Source: Dickeya phage JA15
Reading direction: 5' to 3' (one strand)
Sequence record: KY942056.1
DNA length: 24,000 nt
The notes under the pieces were generated by a model. The model saw only the letters and a program-made list of their open reading frames with translations. It was not told where the DNA came from and searched no databases. The translations under genes were made by a program, and so were the position numbers. Positions 8,858 to 16,692 of the stretch are shown in pieces; position 1 is the first letter of the stretch; each line of letters starts with the position of its first letter.

Positions 8858-10748
8858 TGTAAACAGAAAATACAAAAAGCTCTCACACATCGAGCATATA
8901 CTCCTTCGCCCAGAGCGCCATCTAGGGAGTATCCGTTCTTCTGTCGGGATGGCTTGGGTATATGATCTCAGCAAAGACAAAGTTGTGTTTAAAGACAATT
9001 TTGAATATAACCCCGCTCTTATCAAACAGTTTGATGAAATCATCACCAACTGTGTTGACCACAGCAAGACCCCTGAGGGCAAATCCCTGACGGAAATCAC
9101 CGTCACGGTTTCCCCTATGAACGGCCAAATCATCGTTGCCGACAACGGCGGTATCCCTGTGGTCAAACATGAATCTGGTATGTGGTTGCCAGAAATGTTA
9201 TTTTCAGAATTGTTTGCGGGATCAAACTTCAACGACGATGACGAGGAGTACAACAACCAGAAGTCCGGTGGCCAGAATGGCGAAGGGGCTTCGCTCGTCA
9301 ACGTGTTCTCCAAATGGTTCCGCGTCACGACTAATGACGGCAAGAAGTCTTATGCTCAGACGTTTGAAGACAACATGAGCAAGAAGTCTAATCCGGTCAT
9401 CAGCAACATGAACAGCCCTGGCACTTCCATCGCCTGGATCCCTGATTATGCTCGCCTGGGCGTCAAGGGGCTTGACCAGAACAACCTGCTCATGATCTAC
9501 CGCCGCGCATTCGAAGTCGCAGCGTGTAACCCGCGCCTGAAGGTTGTGCTCAACAGCAAGCAAATCCGCATTGACCGCTTTGGCCACTTCGTTGATTACT
9601 TCTACGCTGGCTCTGCTGTTGATGAAGCCGGGGACTGGTCTGTTGCTGTAGCCCCTTCATCTGGTACGTTCATGCATGCATCATACGTGAACTCAATCGC
9701 CACCCACATCGGTGGTCCTCACGTTGATTATGTGGCCGACCAGATCGTGGCCGCGATTCGCCCTCAGCTGGTCAAGAAGTTCAAGACTGAGCTGAAACCA
9801 GCAATGATCAAGAACCACATGTCGTTGTTCATCTCTGCGGACATCAACAACCCACGCTTTGACAGCCAGACCAAGGAGCGCATGACGACTCCTGTGAGCC
9901 AGTTTGGTACGTCCTACAAGCCCAGCGATAAATTGATACGCAAGGCGCTTGAGTTCGTGACAGCAGGGCTGAGCAAAGAACTGGCGGCGCTGCGCAATGA
10001 CCAGGACGATGCAGAGTTTGAAAAGGCCAAGAAGGATATCAGCAAGCGCGATTATCGTGAGATTGAGAAGTATTATCCAGCGACAGCCCGTGGTGATCGC
10101 AGCGGCTGCTCCCTGCTACTGACTGAGGGTGACAGCGCCTCCAACCCTATCCTGAACGCCCGTGACACCAAGAAGATTGGATTGTTCCCGCTTCGTGGTA
10201 AGTTCATCAACTGCCTGAACGCCCCGCGCTCAAAGGTGATGGCGAACGAAGAGTTCAAGAACCTGTGTACAATCCACGGCGGCGCAGTACCTGGCCAACC
10301 TCTTGACATCAGCCGCTATCCACAGACTGTTGTGGCTACCGATGCGGACGACGACGGCATTCACATCCGTGGTCTGCTGATCACCCTGTATTGCACCTAC
10401 TGGCCGGAATACGTCCGCGAGGGCAGGCTGAAGCTCCTGCGCACCCCTTACATGCGCGTGTGGTGTGGTAAGGTGATGCATGAGTTCATGAACAACGCCG
10501 AGTATGAGGAATTCCTGAAGACTCCAGATGCCAAGAAGGTCACGAAGAAGAAATACCTGAAAGGTCTGGGTGGTAACAGTACCGAAGACTTCAAGTGTAT
10601 TCTAAACAACCTGGATGCGTATACTACGACGGTCACGCTGGACGACGACTACAAGCAATCACTGAAGAATGGTTTCAGCGACGAGGCCGCCGATTATCGC
10701 AAAACCTGGTTTAGCGATGTTTGTCTGTTTGACGCAGATGGAGAGTAA
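8850..10748 (+). CDS. 39: Type II DNA topoisomerase large subunit (ATPase + TOPRIM), unsplit T4 gp39/gp60 equivalent
   Basis: GHKL motifs (FDEIITNCVDHSK, VADNGGIPV, GQNGEGASLVNVFS), TOPRIM LLLTEGDSA and DADDDGIHIRGLLITLY. Confidence 0.93.
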   Translation: MVDVNRKYKKLSHIEHILLRPERHLGSIRSSVGMAWVYDLSKDKVVFKDNFEYNPALIKQFDEIITNCVDHSKTPEGKSLTEITVTVSPMNGQIIVADNGGIPVVKHESGMWLPEMLFSELFAGSNFNDDDEEYNNQKSGGQNGEGASLVNVFSKWFRVTTNDGKKSYAQTFEDNMSKKSNPVISNMNSPGTSIAWIPDYARLGVKGLDQNNLLMIYRRAFEVAACNPRLKVVLNSKQIRIDRFGHFVDYFYAGSAVDEAGDWSVAVAPSSGTFMHASYVNSIATHIGGPHVDYVADQIVAAIRPQLVKKFKTELKPAMIKNHMSLFISADINNPRFDSQTKERMTTPVSQFGTSYKPSDKLIRKALEFVTAGLSKELAALRNDQDDAEFEKAKKDISKRDYREIEKYYPATARGDRSGCSLLLTEGDSASNPILNARDTKKIGLFPLRGKFINCLNAPRSKVMANEEFKNLCTIHGGAVPGQPLDISRYPQTVVATDADDDGIHIRGLLITLYCTYWPEYVREGRLKLLRTPYMRVWCGKVMHEFMNNAEYEEFLKTPDAKKVTKKKYLKGLGGNSTEDFKCILNNLDAYTTTVTLDDDYKQSLKNGFSDEAADYRKTWFSDVCLFDADGE

Positions 10749-10749
10749 T

Positions 10750-12081
10750 ATGACCACCCAAAAAATCAACGTCACGGATTATGTTAATAATGATCATAAA
10801 TCATTTTCCGTGTTCAACAGCATCCGTCAAATCCCTCAGCTGATTGACAGCCTCAAGCCAAGCCAGCGCAAGATTCTGTTCGCTGCTCTTGAGTACAACA
10901 AGGAGGAGATCGTTGACCGCCTTGGCATGTTCGCCGCCGCCCGCACCAACTACAAGTCTGGTGGTGAGAACATGAGCGGCACTATCGTGAACATGGCTCA
11001 GGGGTTCCCAGGAACGAATAACATTCCGTACTTCGACCGCGATGGCCAGTTTGGTTCTATCATGGGGCGCGACGCATCGTCTGCTCGTTACATTTCGGTG
11101 GCTGTGTCTGATGTTATCCGCAAGATCTTCCGCAAGGAGGATGAGGGTATCTTGGAATACAACTACCTTGGTGAAGAAAAGCTGGAGCCGAAGTTCTTCC
11201 TCCCCATTCTTCCCATGTTCCTCGTGAATGGTATTAATGGCATCGGCTCCGGTTATGCCACCGACACCCCGTGCCATTGCGTTAAGTCCGTGCTGAATGC
11301 CCTGAGAGCGCTTCTCCGTGGCGAAGACCCGAAAGACTTAAAACCGTATTGGAACGGCTACAAAGGGGAGACAGGCTATACTGAGGAAGGAAGAGCATAC
11401 AGTCGTGGTCTGTTCACTCGCGTCAATGCCACCACCCTCAACATCACAGAAGTCCCTATCGGCTGGTTCGCCAAAACCTATGAGACCAAAGTGCTGTTGC
11501 CTCTGTACAAGGCGGGTGTCCTCACTGAGTACGCAAACGACACGACGGAGGATGGTTGGGACATCACTGTTGTGTTCAAGCGCGGCGAACTCTCTAAGCT
11601 GAGTGACGAGCAGGTTGAGCAGATGTTCAAGCTGTATTCGGCTAACAAGCCTGTTTGGACGGCCTGGGATGAAGACGGGGTTATTCATCGTTATGCGGGT
11701 TGGCAAGACATGCTGCTGCCTTTCTTCAACTATCGCCTGGCTCGGTACGAAGACCGTCGCCAGTACATGCTGAAGGATATGGCCGACAGAATCCGTAAGC
11801 TGAACAATCGCGCCCTGTTTATCGCATGGGCTGTGGTGACCGACCTGCGACGGAGCCTTGATGAACTGAAGGCATTGTTCCAGACGGATTACCCCGACTT
11901 TGATGGAGACCTTGACGAGTTGTTCAAGATGCCACTGTCATCCATCACCCTGGACGCCCGTGAACGCCTCCTCAAGCAGATCGAGAACCTTGAGACACAA
12001 CACAAGGAATTAAGTAAGAAAGAGGACATCGATCTTTACACTGAAGACCTTGATGACCTTGAAAAGGCTCTTGGCCTATAA
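10750..12081 (+). CDS. 52: Type II DNA topoisomerase medium subunit (T4 gp52-like)
   Basis: Topo IIA DNA-cleavage domain: LKPSQRKILFAAL, GQFGSIMGRDASSARYISVAVS, NGINGIGSGYATD. ATG 10750 preferred over the ORF-track start at 10669, which lies inside the large subunit. Confidence 0.93.
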   Translation: MTTQKINVTDYVNNDHKSFSVFNSIRQIPQLIDSLKPSQRKILFAALEYNKEEIVDRLGMFAAARTNYKSGGENMSGTIVNMAQGFPGTNNIPYFDRDGQFGSIMGRDASSARYISVAVSDVIRKIFRKEDEGILEYNYLGEEKLEPKFFLPILPMFLVNGINGIGSGYATDTPCHCVKSVLNALRALLRGEDPKDLKPYWNGYKGETGYTEEGRAYSRGLFTRVNATTLNITEVPIGWFAKTYETKVLLPLYKAGVLTEYANDTTEDGWDITVVFKRGELSKLSDEQVEQMFKLYSANKPVWTAWDEDGVIHRYAGWQDMLLPFFNYRLARYEDRRQYMLKDMADRIRKLNNRALFIAWAVVTDLRRSLDELKALFQTDYPDFDGDLDELFKMPLSSITLDARERLLKQIENLETQHKELSKKEDIDLYTEDLDDLEKALGL

Positions 12082-12085
12082 CATC

Positions 12086-12103
12086 GGAGGGGTTCGCCCC
12101 TCC
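12086..12103 (+). other. Stable UUCG-type hairpin between gp52-like gene and next ORF
   Basis: GGAGGGG-TTCG-CCCCTCC, 7-bp perfect stem; no U-tract follows. Confidence 0.75.
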
Positions 12104-12123
12104 TCACCTGCGAGGGTTGTGCT

Positions 12124-12411
12124 ATGTTCTATCTCCGCTCCTGTGCTCCAATCGTGTTCTTCATATTCCTTCTTGACATTCTGATCCCTCGCTTCATCAA
12201 AGAAGAGGTGGCGTTCGGCCTCCTTGGTGAAACAGAAGACCCAGAGATCGATGAATACTACCCAATGTGTGCTCTGAAGGATATCGAGGAAGGAGAAGAT
12301 GTCGCTATGATCGGCACCATGCGTTCTTTCAACCTGTTTGGGTTCGCACTCTTCCCGAAACTGATCGGTGAACTGCGTCCATACGATCCTGAAGCCACTG
12401 TAGAGGGTTAA
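12124..12411 (+). CDS. Hypothetical protein with one or two hydrophobic segments
   Basis: 95-aa ORF with hydrophobic N-terminus (APIVFFIFLLDILI). Confidence 0.65.
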   Translation: MFYLRSCAPIVFFIFLLDILIPRFIKEEVAFGLLGETEDPEIDEYYPMCALKDIEEGEDVAMIGTMRSFNLFGFALFPKLIGELRPYDPEATVEG

Positions 12412-12413
12412 TC

Positions 12414-12653
12414 ATGTCACAGCTTCTGAGTCCTAAACTTCTGTCCATGGGCGGTTCCCTATATTTTCACTGCCCTGGATGTAATATGCTTCACCCATAC
12501 CGCATTAAGGGCGAAGCCCAAGGTCCGATGTGGTCGTGGAACAACAATGTTGATTTTCCCACGTTCACGCCAAGCCTGCTGGTGGCTTCACTTCCGTCAA
12601 AGGCGACCCATGGGATACCAGGACAGGGGCTTCCCTACTCACCAAGGGGCTGA
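12414..12653 (+). CDS. Small protein resembling a phage Cys-containing family (HCPGCNMLHPY...PMWSWNNNVDFPTFTPSLLV), possibly frameshifted at its 3' end
   Basis: Family-like N-terminal motif and RBS GAGGGTTAATC-ATG. The -1 frame stays open beyond the stop, to 12757. Confidence 0.6.
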   Translation: MSQLLSPKLLSMGGSLYFHCPGCNMLHPYRIKGEAQGPMWSWNNNVDFPTFTPSLLVASLPSKATHGIPGQGLPYSPRG

Positions 12654-12827
12654 TCGAACCAGCTGGCTCAATGGTTCATGACGGTTCGTACAAGAACTGG
12701 CCGAACACTGAGGTGACGTTCTATCGCCTGACCGAACTCGGCAAGTCTTACCTCTGAATAAAGATTCAGCGGTTATTGAAGAAGGGGGAGTATATACTTC
12801 CCCTTAGTTTATTAAGAGGAACCGGAA

Positions 12828-13142
12828 ATGACCCCATTAAAAGAGATGTATGAGCGCCTGGCTGAACTGCAGGCGAAGGAAAAGCGATTCTCAGAAGAAG
12901 AGTCTGAAATCGCCGAGCTGAACAACCTGATCGCCACTCGCGAGAAGTATCTGCAGCGCTACATCAATCACCCGCCGCGCATGGTAGATCGCGTCAGCAC
13001 AATCATGGACCTGGATGAAGTTACTCCTGGCAAAGAAATCATTGTCAGGGAAGTTCATCAGATGGTCGCTATGGGTCAGATCTTCGGTCACGCAGACCAG
13101 GACGACATGATCTTCCTCCTTGAAAAGAAACTGGTGTTGTAA
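12828..13142 (+). CDS. Hypothetical protein with coiled-coil-like N-terminus
   Basis: 104-aa ORF, RBS AGAGGAACCGGAA-ATG, TAATG overlap with the next gene. Confidence 0.75.
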   Translation: MTPLKEMYERLAELQAKEKRFSEEESEIAELNNLIATREKYLQRYINHPPRMVDRVSTIMDLDEVTPGKEIIVREVHQMVAMGQIFGHADQDDMIFLLEKKLVL

Positions 13143-13648
13143 TGGCTATCAAACCCCGTATGTTGTTTGCGCATATGCGCTCGGCTCATGCATACGCTCT
13201 GTCCAGCTATGCACAGCGCCTGAAGGTCGGTTGTGTTATCGTTGATGAACAGACTGACCAACCTGTTGCCATCGGATGGAACGGGACTGCTCCTGGCGCT
13301 CCTAATGTCTGTGAGCAAGAAGTGGATGGCGAGTTGGTATCAGTCGGGGTTGTCCATGCAGAAGAGAACGCTTTGATGCGCATCCCTGAAGCATTGGACA
13401 ATCGTGTTGATCTGACGATGTTCGTCTCACACAGCCCATGCCCTGTTTGTACTCAGCTGATAATCAAAAGCTGCGCTATCAAGAAGGTCATCTACAATGT
13501 ACCGTACCGGATCACAGACGGCATTATTGAAATGCTGGCTGCTGGCATTGAAGTATACCGCATGGTCGACCAGTTTGCTGTAGTCCAGCATTCTGTGAAG
13601 AACGGCGAACTGGTATCCACCCCTGTTTTAGTGAACCCTGACAAGTAA
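13142..13648 (+). CDS. cd: Deoxycytidylate (dCMP) deaminase family protein
   Basis: Zinc deaminase motifs HAEENAL and SPCPVCTQLI; substrate-type loop GWNGTAPG. Confidence 0.85.
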   Translation: MAIKPRMLFAHMRSAHAYALSSYAQRLKVGCVIVDEQTDQPVAIGWNGTAPGAPNVCEQEVDGELVSVGVVHAEENALMRIPEALDNRVDLTMFVSHSPCPVCTQLIIKSCAIKKVIYNVPYRITDGIIEMLAAGIEVYRMVDQFAVVQHSVKNGELVSTPVLVNPDK

Positions 13649-13658
13649 GGAATTTATC

Positions 13659-14066
13659 ATGCGTTATGTAGATCGTATGCTCGGCAAAGACGAGCAAGTT
13701 ATTGCCTTCACCCGCCCGACTTGGTGGAGCGGTTTCTGGATGTACGTGTTGGTCGTGCTGCTGTTTGTTCCGACCTTCGGTGTCAGTCTGCTGTTCCTGA
13801 TCCCGACTGTGCTGAACGTCCTGACCACCGAATTCGCTGTGACCAACAAGCGTGTCATCGTCAAGCGCGGTTTCATCCGTCGTGATGCCGATGAGCTGCG
13901 CATCGGTAAGGTGGAGACAGTGAAGGTTGACCAGTCCATCACAGGCCGCATCCTGGGCTTCTCTACCATCAGTGTGATTGGCACGGGCGGCACCCGCCTG
14001 CTGGCCACGGGTTGTGCTGGTGGTAATGCATTCCGCCAGAAGATCTACGATCACCTGGACGACTGA
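13659..14066 (+). CDS. Membrane-anchored bacterial PH-domain (YdbT/bPH2-like) protein
   Basis: Hydrophobic span(s) (FWMYVLVVLLFVPTFGVSLLFLIPTVLNVL) followed by TTEFAVTNKRVIVKRGFIRRDADELRIGKVETVKVDQSITGRILGFSTISVIGTGG, typical of bacterial PH-like domains. Confidence 0.75.
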   Translation: MRYVDRMLGKDEQVIAFTRPTWWSGFWMYVLVVLLFVPTFGVSLLFLIPTVLNVLTTEFAVTNKRVIVKRGFIRRDADELRIGKVETVKVDQSITGRILGFSTISVIGTGGTRLLATGCAGGNAFRQKIYDHLDD

Positions 14067-14068
14067 TT

Positions 14069-14281
14069 ATGATCACTTCAGGCTACACCATCGATCTATA
14101 TTGTGAATGCTCTGACTGTAAGTCATGCAGCTGGGCTTGGGAAGAGCATCGCCCCAAGTGTGGGTTCAGGCAGTATTCTGGTGAGACTTGGGGTGAGTGT
14201 GTCAGATTGGCTCGGGCTGATGGTCGGCAAATCGGGCGCGACAGACATACCTGTTACGCCCCTGGCCACAAGAGAAGTTAA
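14069..14281 (+). CDS. Small Cys-rich protein, unknown function
   Basis: 70-aa ORF with CECSDCKSC...C...C...C cysteines. Its stop overlaps the stop of the opposing gp4-like gene. Confidence 0.55.
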   Translation: MITSGYTIDLYCECSDCKSCSWAWEEHRPKCGFRQYSGETWGECVRLARADGRQIGRDRHTCYAPGHKRS

Positions 14282-14892
14282 GGTAAGAGCAATCCATCAT
14301 CCCGCTCCGTTGGGGCGGGTTTAATCTCCTTCCGCATCTGTTCCTTCAGCACCCTGACACGCTCAGCATGGCGACGGTCTTGCATCTCCATATCCCGTTT
14401 CTTCTTCGACTTCAGCTCAAACTGTTTGCGTACATCAGGATCTTCACCTGGGACGAGGTGCTCTTCAGTCCAGATAATGAACTTCCAGTTCTTCTTGGCG
14501 CATAGTTCACGGGTAGCCTCCCACTTGGCAGAGTTGACCAGCCAGGTTCGCATCGCATTGTTGAATGTCGACTCCTTCATGTTCGGAATCTTCTTCGGCT
14601 GCTTGATCTGATCCTTCGGCTTTATCTCAATGAGGGTGACCTGCAGTTCCTCTTGCCCTTCACGGCGCGTCCAGACCTTGAGGTCCATGAAGTAACGATG
14701 GGTGCGTCCGTCGACTGGAGACACGTATGGGATTACACAGGTTTCCGAACTCCACTTCACTATTCCAGAATTCGTATCACAGAATTTGAATGCCACCAAC
14801 TCCAGAGAAGAGCGGAAGACTATATCCTTTGGGTTCCCGACATATTTGCTTGGGTTGATGGGAACATATTTTCCCTGAAGATATTGGGACAT
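14278..14892 (-). CDS. 4: Head completion protein, T4 gp4-like (nuclease fold)
   Basis: Similar to T4 gp4 as recalled: GKYVPINPSKYVGNPKDIVFRSSLELVAFKFCDTNSGIVKWSSETCVIPYVSPVDGRTHRYFMDLKV...IEIKPKDQ...WLVNSAKWEATRELCAKKNWKFIIWTE. Start at the internal Met (MSQYLQ), overlapping the GIY-YIG stop (TAATG). Confidence 0.9.
   Translation of the reverse strand: MSQYLQGKYVPINPSKYVGNPKDIVFRSSLELVAFKFCDTNSGIVKWSSETCVIPYVSPVDGRTHRYFMDLKVWTRREGQEELQVTLIEIKPKDQIKQPKKIPNMKESTFNNAMRTWLVNSAKWEATRELCAKKNWKFIIWTEEHLVPGEDPDVRKQFELKSKKKRDMEMQDRRHAERVRVLKEQMRKEIKPAPTERDDGLLLP
14301..14322 (+). terminator. Rho-independent terminator for + strand, embedded in the 3' end of the gp4-like gene
   Basis: CCCGCTCC-GTT-GGGGCGGG (one T.G pair) followed by TTTAAT. 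Confidence 0.65.
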
Positions 14893-15629
14893 TACGCTTT
14901 CCTCCAAAGTTTGTGGGTCATGTTTCTGCCGCTATGTACATGTCTCATCGAACCTTCACTCAGGCCATTCTCTTTACAAAATTTAGCGAGATTAAAGACG
15001 GTTACAACAATCCCCTCGGGGTTCATGAATTTAAATTCCCTAGCATTTGCCTTGGAAATGTTTTCTCTTCCTTCCTTTGTCACCGCACCCTTGCAATTAG
15101 AATAATCAACCAAACCATCTTCAACAAGCCTCTTATTGGATTTTCGTATCTTATCCCTTGTCTGTTGGTCTACAACGCACCCGAAACGAGGATTATTCTC
15201 TCCCGAACGATTCTTTCCGAACCAGAAATTCCGTTCTCCACGAACCCCCTTTTTCGCGTTAATCCTTTTCTGTTCTTCTATCGGTTTAGCCAACATTGTT
15301 TCCTGGGCTTTCTTAGAATAAATGCTTCTCTTAGAAGGATCTGAATTGATATGATTGAATGAACCATACCCACCGCATGTTAGGTTGTATGTATCCGGCC
15401 TGTCTATGAATTCTTGTGTGACGATCCTGGCTTCTTCGGCGTACATCTCCTCGGATGTGTCACATATCTTCAAGATATCTTTTCTAAAGTTGTCGACACC
15501 ATGTTTCCTAATTGCTCTCATTATCATATTACCGGATCCCATATAACCGTCATCCGGTTCACCTTTGTGAGCACCAACATATATCTTGCCGTTTAGAAGA
15601 TTCGTTATTTGGTAGACAAAGTATCTCAT
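14892..15629 (-). CDS. GIY-YIG homing endonuclease with NUMOD3/NUMOD1-like modules
   Basis: N-terminal VYQITNLLNGKIYVGAHKGEPDDGYMGSG...NFRKDIL; GENNPRFG and FNLAKFCKENGLSEGSMRHVHSGR C-terminal DNA-binding modules. RBS AGGActagattATG on the - strand. Confidence 0.9.
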   Translation of the reverse strand: MRYFVYQITNLLNGKIYVGAHKGEPDDGYMGSGNMIMRAIRKHGVDNFRKDILKICDTSEEMYAEEARIVTQEFIDRPDTYNLTCGGYGSFNHINSDPSKRSIYSKKAQETMLAKPIEEQKRINAKKGVRGERNFWFGKNRSGENNPRFGCVVDQQTRDKIRKSNKRLVEDGLVDYSNCKGAVTKEGRENISKANAREFKFMNPEGIVVTVFNLAKFCKENGLSEGSMRHVHSGRNMTHKLWRKA

Positions 15630-15637
15630 AATCTAGT

Positions 15638-15670
15638 CCTAAATAGCCGTAACACTCTATCTATTTAAGG
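15638..15670. promoter_or_regulatory. Divergent pair of T4-late-like promoter elements in an inverted repeat
   Basis: CCTAAATAG (15638-15646) on + and CCTTAAATAG (15670-15661) on -. The elements lie at similar distances upstream of ATG 15680 (+) and ATG 15629 (-). Confidence 0.5.
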
Positions 15671-15679
15671 GCTGAGACC

Positions 15680-16648
15680 ATGGCCGACTTCAAGAAGACA
15701 ATCGATAAGATCAAAGTTCTGAACACGAAGGGATTGTCCCAGGCTCAGAAGCAATTGGTCTATCCCCTGGACGTCACGGGCGGCAAAACGCTCGGGCACT
15801 ATGTCCTATTCAACATCAACCGCATCTCCGGTTCATCTTACGGTGACACGGCTACCCAGACTGTTGAGAACCCAATCCAGAACCCTCTGGGGAATACTCC
15901 TGTGGTCTATGGAGCCAAGTCCGGTTCCATCACCAAGTATGCATGGGCGCGTCACGTTCGTTCAAACGAATCCATCGTTATGTGTATGCCCGAGTCCATT
16001 ACAACCAACTACGGCGTTGGCTGGAACGGTAGCGAGCTGGGGCTGGCTGGTATGGGGGCGCAGTTCCTTTCCCGCGCCGCTCAGGATATGACTCAGTTCA
16101 AGCTGGGGGATGCACTGAACGTCGGGAAGGAGATGGGTCGATTTGCGGCGACCAAGGCCATCCAGTCTGCGTCGGAATCCATCCCGTTCCTGCCTACCAT
16201 TAACGCCCATGACACCCTTGAGTTGTTTACGGGTACAATGACTAATCCTTACGTCGAAATGATCTTCCAGGGAGTCAGGAACAGGGAGATACCGTTCACA
16301 TTCAAATTCACACCGCGCTCTCAGAAGGAATCCAAGATGGTCCGTGAGATCATCCGCTTGTTCAAGATGCACATGTACCCAGAGTACAAGTACAACAAGA
16401 ACTCCAGTGCCTTCTATCTCCATCCATCGACATTTGACATCACGTTCATGGTTAATGGGGAGCGAAACCAATGGCTGCACCGCATCTCTACCTGTGTTCT
16501 GTCCAACATGTTTGTGAACGAAACGCCAGACAGTTCATATTCTGTTCACAAGGACGATGGGATTGTGTCTACACAGGTTGACATGACCTTCATCGAACTG
16601 GAGCCTCTGCACAAAGGGCGCTTTGACACCGAAGGCGACAGCTTCTAA
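15680..16648 (+). CDS. 48: Baseplate tail tube cap-like protein (T4 gp48-like)
   Basis: 322-aa ORF. The pattern ELFTGTMTNPYVEMIFQGVRNREIPFTFKFTPRSQKESKMVREIIRLFKMHMYPEYK resembles phage tail-tube initiator/cap proteins, and it sits next to a gp53-like gene. Confidence 0.6.
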   Translation: MADFKKTIDKIKVLNTKGLSQAQKQLVYPLDVTGGKTLGHYVLFNINRISGSSYGDTATQTVENPIQNPLGNTPVVYGAKSGSITKYAWARHVRSNESIVMCMPESITTNYGVGWNGSELGLAGMGAQFLSRAAQDMTQFKLGDALNVGKEMGRFAATKAIQSASESIPFLPTINAHDTLELFTGTMTNPYVEMIFQGVRNREIPFTFKFTPRSQKESKMVREIIRLFKMHMYPEYKYNKNSSAFYLHPSTFDITFMVNGERNQWLHRISTCVLSNMFVNETPDSSYSVHKDDGIVSTQVDMTFIELEPLHKGRFDTEGDSF

Positions 16649-16658
16649 ACCAGATTCG

Positions 16659-16667
16659 TGGTATAAT
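16659..16667 (+). promoter_or_regulatory. Putative extended -10 promoter (TGGTATAAT) upstream of the EDxHD-like endonuclease
   Basis: TCGTGGTATAATGAAG between the gp48-like stop and the endonuclease RBS (AGAGG); no clear -35. Confidence 0.45.
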
Positions 16668-16692
16668 GAAGTAGCCAATAAGAGGATTTATT

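Noticed and set aside
8741-9343. 200-aa antisense ORF spanning the HNH endonuclease end and topoisomerase start
   Set aside because: It overlaps two well-supported + strand genes including topoisomerase ATPase motifs. Low-quality sequence for a protein (Ser/Asn/Leu runs).
10669-10749. N-terminal extension of the topoisomerase medium subunit proposed by the ORF track
   Set aside because: It overlaps the conserved end of the large subunit in another frame. ATG 10750 directly after the large-subunit stop, with GGAG inside ATGGAGAGTAAT, is the natural start.
8850-12081. Group I intron or intein splitting the topoisomerase genes
   Set aside because: Both subunits read through their conserved blocks without interruption, and no intron core-like non-coding spacer exists between motifs.
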